From Eutreptiella sp. 'Long Island Sound 2002' (taxonomy: Eukaryota > Protista > Euglenida): 64,000 nt of DNA. The DNA lies in NCBI GenBank assembly GCA_964036045.1, contig OZ038379.1, positions 26,164,001-26,228,000 of the forward strand, written 5' to 3'. Shown in pieces: positions 61,034 through 64,000 of this stretch. Position 1 is the stretch's first letter. The number at the start of each line of letters is the position of its first letter. Under the pieces are notes generated by a model. It saw nothing but the letters and a program-made list of their open reading frames with translations, ran no database searches and was not told the origin of the DNA. Both the position numbers and the translations under genes were made by a program.

Positions 61034-64000
61034 TTTCTATGTCTATGTCTGTGTCTTATATGGAGGGCCGCGTGGATCTGTACCCCCCCCCTGCCAGCGG
61101 TAGTGGGCCGCCGACTCCGGCACACCCTCACAGATTAATAGCTCCCCCACATACCTCATCCATTGTAGGATCCGGTTGCGCATCGCCGCACATTCATACA
61201 TGTTATGCACTCTCGGTTGCTGTACCCACATACCGCACTGCGTACATTGTACCTTCCCCGCCGTTGTCTCCCAGCTAGGCATAGCTGGGTACTTGGCCCA
61301 CACCCTTACATTTGTTCACTCTTGGGGGTTGTACTTTGTGCCACCCCCTACCCCCCAGTCGCCTCTTGCTGCTCCTGTCCCATGGTGTGGGCTTGTCCCC
61401 CTCTTCCCTGTAGACCAGCAGGTGTGGGCTGTGTTGTGCCATTAGGTATTTTTTGGGCTGTAGTACCACATTGCCCCCTTGTGTCAGGTATACCCCTTTC
61501 TCTTCCATCCACACTTCTGCCATGGCCCAGCGTGTGCCCCCTCCTCCCCCCCCCTACTCTAGCCCCTGCATCCACTACCCTGTTCACGTTGGAGAGCCAG
61601 TCCCTTTTCCGAGAATCGTGCTGGGCCTGCACCCAGATCCAGCACATGCGTAGGCCCTGCAGGTGGACGTGTGAGATAATGCGGTCCATCACCCCCCCCC
61701 CCCCCCCGGTCTCTCTTGTATGGTCCCCCCTTGCAGGTCCTGGATGGCTGCCAGGTTGTCGGAGCATAGTGCCACATACTCCAACTAGATTGCTTGCTCT
61801 TGACACCACCGGGCCACCACCATTAGTCCCACCCCCAGCATGGTGGCCTCCACGACGTATGTGGACAGGGTTAGCACTGTAAGTGACCACTTCCCAGAGG
61901 AGGACCCTTCCTTTCGGGTCCACCACCATGACTCCCCCCCACCCCCCGGGTCGTCCCATAGCTCGCGTCCCCCACCACGTACAGTCGGTACACCTCCATT
62001 TTGGGGCTGACTATGACACACTGCCCCCCATCTGTTTCACGGGTAAGGGTTCGGAGGGTTGGCCCCATACCCCTTAGGCGTTCCTTCACCCTGGTGACAT
62101 CTCTGTCTATCTGTGGGACGGCCTGCATGTGTCCGCGGAGGACATCCCTTAGGAGGTAGTTGCCGGAGTTGAGCGCCTTCAGCAGCTCTACTACCACCGT
62201 CACCCACATTCGTTAGTCCGGCGGCTCTACCCCCAGTACCTCATACACCACCTCCCGAGGGGTGGGACGTGCCATACCAAACACGTCCCTGTATGGCCTG
62301 ATTATCGCCCCCACCATGTTGTCACACAGCTGCTCCGTGGGCACATTAACCACCACCGTGTATTTCATTTTGTTCACCACCACCCCTTCCAGTATCATAT
62401 GCCCCACCGCTTGCGACACGGGCCAGACACGGGCCAGTGGTGGAGCTTGGGCTTGACCCGTTTGATACCACGTTTCACCTCCTTGAGTATCTTTACTGCC
62501 CCCCCCCACCGGGTTGGCATTCGCCCCCAAGAAACGCACATGAGTGTCATTCCTGGCCTCTGGGATGCCGTCGGTTCCCCACAGGAGGCCCGGTTGTACC
62601 GTTGCTATCCCCTTACCTCTGGCCTCAAGGTGCAATCCCCAGAATTTCCCCACATTGCACCGTTGGCCACACATACGTACCAGCACTCGCACCCTGTCCA
62701 GCTGCCTGGCACACTCTTGGGGCGTGTCCCCCAGGACCCCCGTGTCGTCTATGAGCCCCATTGTACCCACCACATGCATACCCTGCATCCCCTGTGCTTT
62801 GATCCCCCCATTGGTGTATTGGATGTCCTTGTGAAGGGGTATGGTCGCCAGAACGCACAGCAGGGGGTCTAGCCCCCCCCCCCCCCCTGTACCACCCCCC
62901 CAAGCTGCTCATACCAGGCGGACAGTCCGAACGCCGTGACCACGTACGTGCAAAGGTCCCTGTAGAATTGCAGCAGTTCCCTAGTAATTGCCCCCACCCC
63001 CCCTGGGCAGCCTGTCTACCACCGTCTGTATCACGGACCGGACCACCTCATCAAAGGCAGCTGCTATATCTAGGAACACCACCGACACACTACCCCGGTT
63101 AAGCCCCACATGTAGAAGGGTGTGCAAGAGCCGGCGTAGACCCACTGCGCTTGCACCCTTGTATGCCGCAAAATTGGCAGTTAGCGAAATCTTCTGGGGA
63201 GCGGATACCTTGGAGGTGCCTGTTGAGCACCTTTGCCCGCAGGCGGAGCAGGGCCGAGAGGATTTTGATCGGCCTAGTGTGCTTGTTGATATCATCCCCC
63301 GCCCCCTTTTCAAAAGCCATGTGCAGCGCCATTTAACATTCCTCTGGCCATGTGTGCATCGGCTGGTTTAGTATGTCGAGTACCCGTCTCAAACCCCTGA
63401 CCCCCATGCAGTCTATTCCCGTCGTCTTGTTAGTGACCTAAGGTATCACTTCACACAATTGTATGAAGTCCAAGTTGGTGGTCCTAGTGCTCTCTTGGTG
63501 TGCTCGGTATTTTTGTGTGATGTGTTCGTGTTGCCTTTCCCCCTTCCACACCCGTATCTTGTGCAGCCACACTTCTGGGAGATGTATGTGTTGTGCTTTG
63601 TATTTCTTTGCGCACTCGTGGGGCGTTGTCTGCAGTAGATCTGGCCCTTTGACAAGCACATTCGCTGTGGTGTCTTGTACCTGGTCTAGCGTGCGCACTT
63701 GTGCATTGTTGGTTAGTTTCAGCACACGCATGGTGTCCCCCCTCAGCCCTGTCGCCGCCACTGCATCCCACTGCTGTATGGCCACCCCCCAATAGCGCTC
63801 GGATAGTTGGTGCTGCCAGTCTGGTCCCACCCTATGCCCCTGGCCCTCCAGGATTAGCTTAGCGTCTTGCAGCCGGCGTTGCACCTGCTCCGGCGTTGCA
63901 CCCGCCCTGTGCTCTCCACTTGTGCGCGCGCAGCACCGCCTACCGCTACCAGGCATTCTCTGTAGATCTGTACCCACTCCCTTGTTGAGGCTGTCCCCCG
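61030..64000 (-). mobile_element. Non-LTR retrotransposon (LINE) 3' portion: RT, RNase H, CCHC finger; runs off the window
   Basis: VFLDIAAAFDEV, GVQGG..LDPLL, GLIDDT, CNVGKF (RT); LYVVGDAS, CWIWVQAQH...NVNRVVDAGA (RNase H); CTQCG...HNMYEC; frameshifted at homopolymers. Confidence 0.88.

Overview
Repeat-rich eukaryotic nuclear DNA from a flagellated protist. A euglenozoan host is suggested but not proven by the retroelement architecture. The one clearly recognisable host gene is DRC2/CCDC65 (dynein regulatory complex subunit 2) on the minus strand: 11 phase-consistent GT-AG exons were reconstructed between 33421 and 8105, including a 12.3-kb intron, and the first and last exons are unresolved. 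A second, unidentified spliced gene ends at 57859-59019 (minus). Most of the rest is mobile DNA. It includes a TIR/8-bp-TSD-bounded hAT derivative whose transposase remnant ends in a SAP-like domain, and three hAT-type non-autonomous elements carrying telomere-like repeats. It also includes a cluster of tyrosine-recombinase retroelements, one nearly complete with gag-YR-RT/RNaseH order (VIPER/TATE-like), and RNase H-bearing LINE fragments. Tandem and small repeats comprise tRNA-derived SINE heads, a 3.7-kb triple minisatellite (49/96/90-bp units), a 76-bp palindrome and microsatellites. All TE ORFs are disrupted by stops or frameshifts. All family assignments are by eye from motifs; no searches were run.
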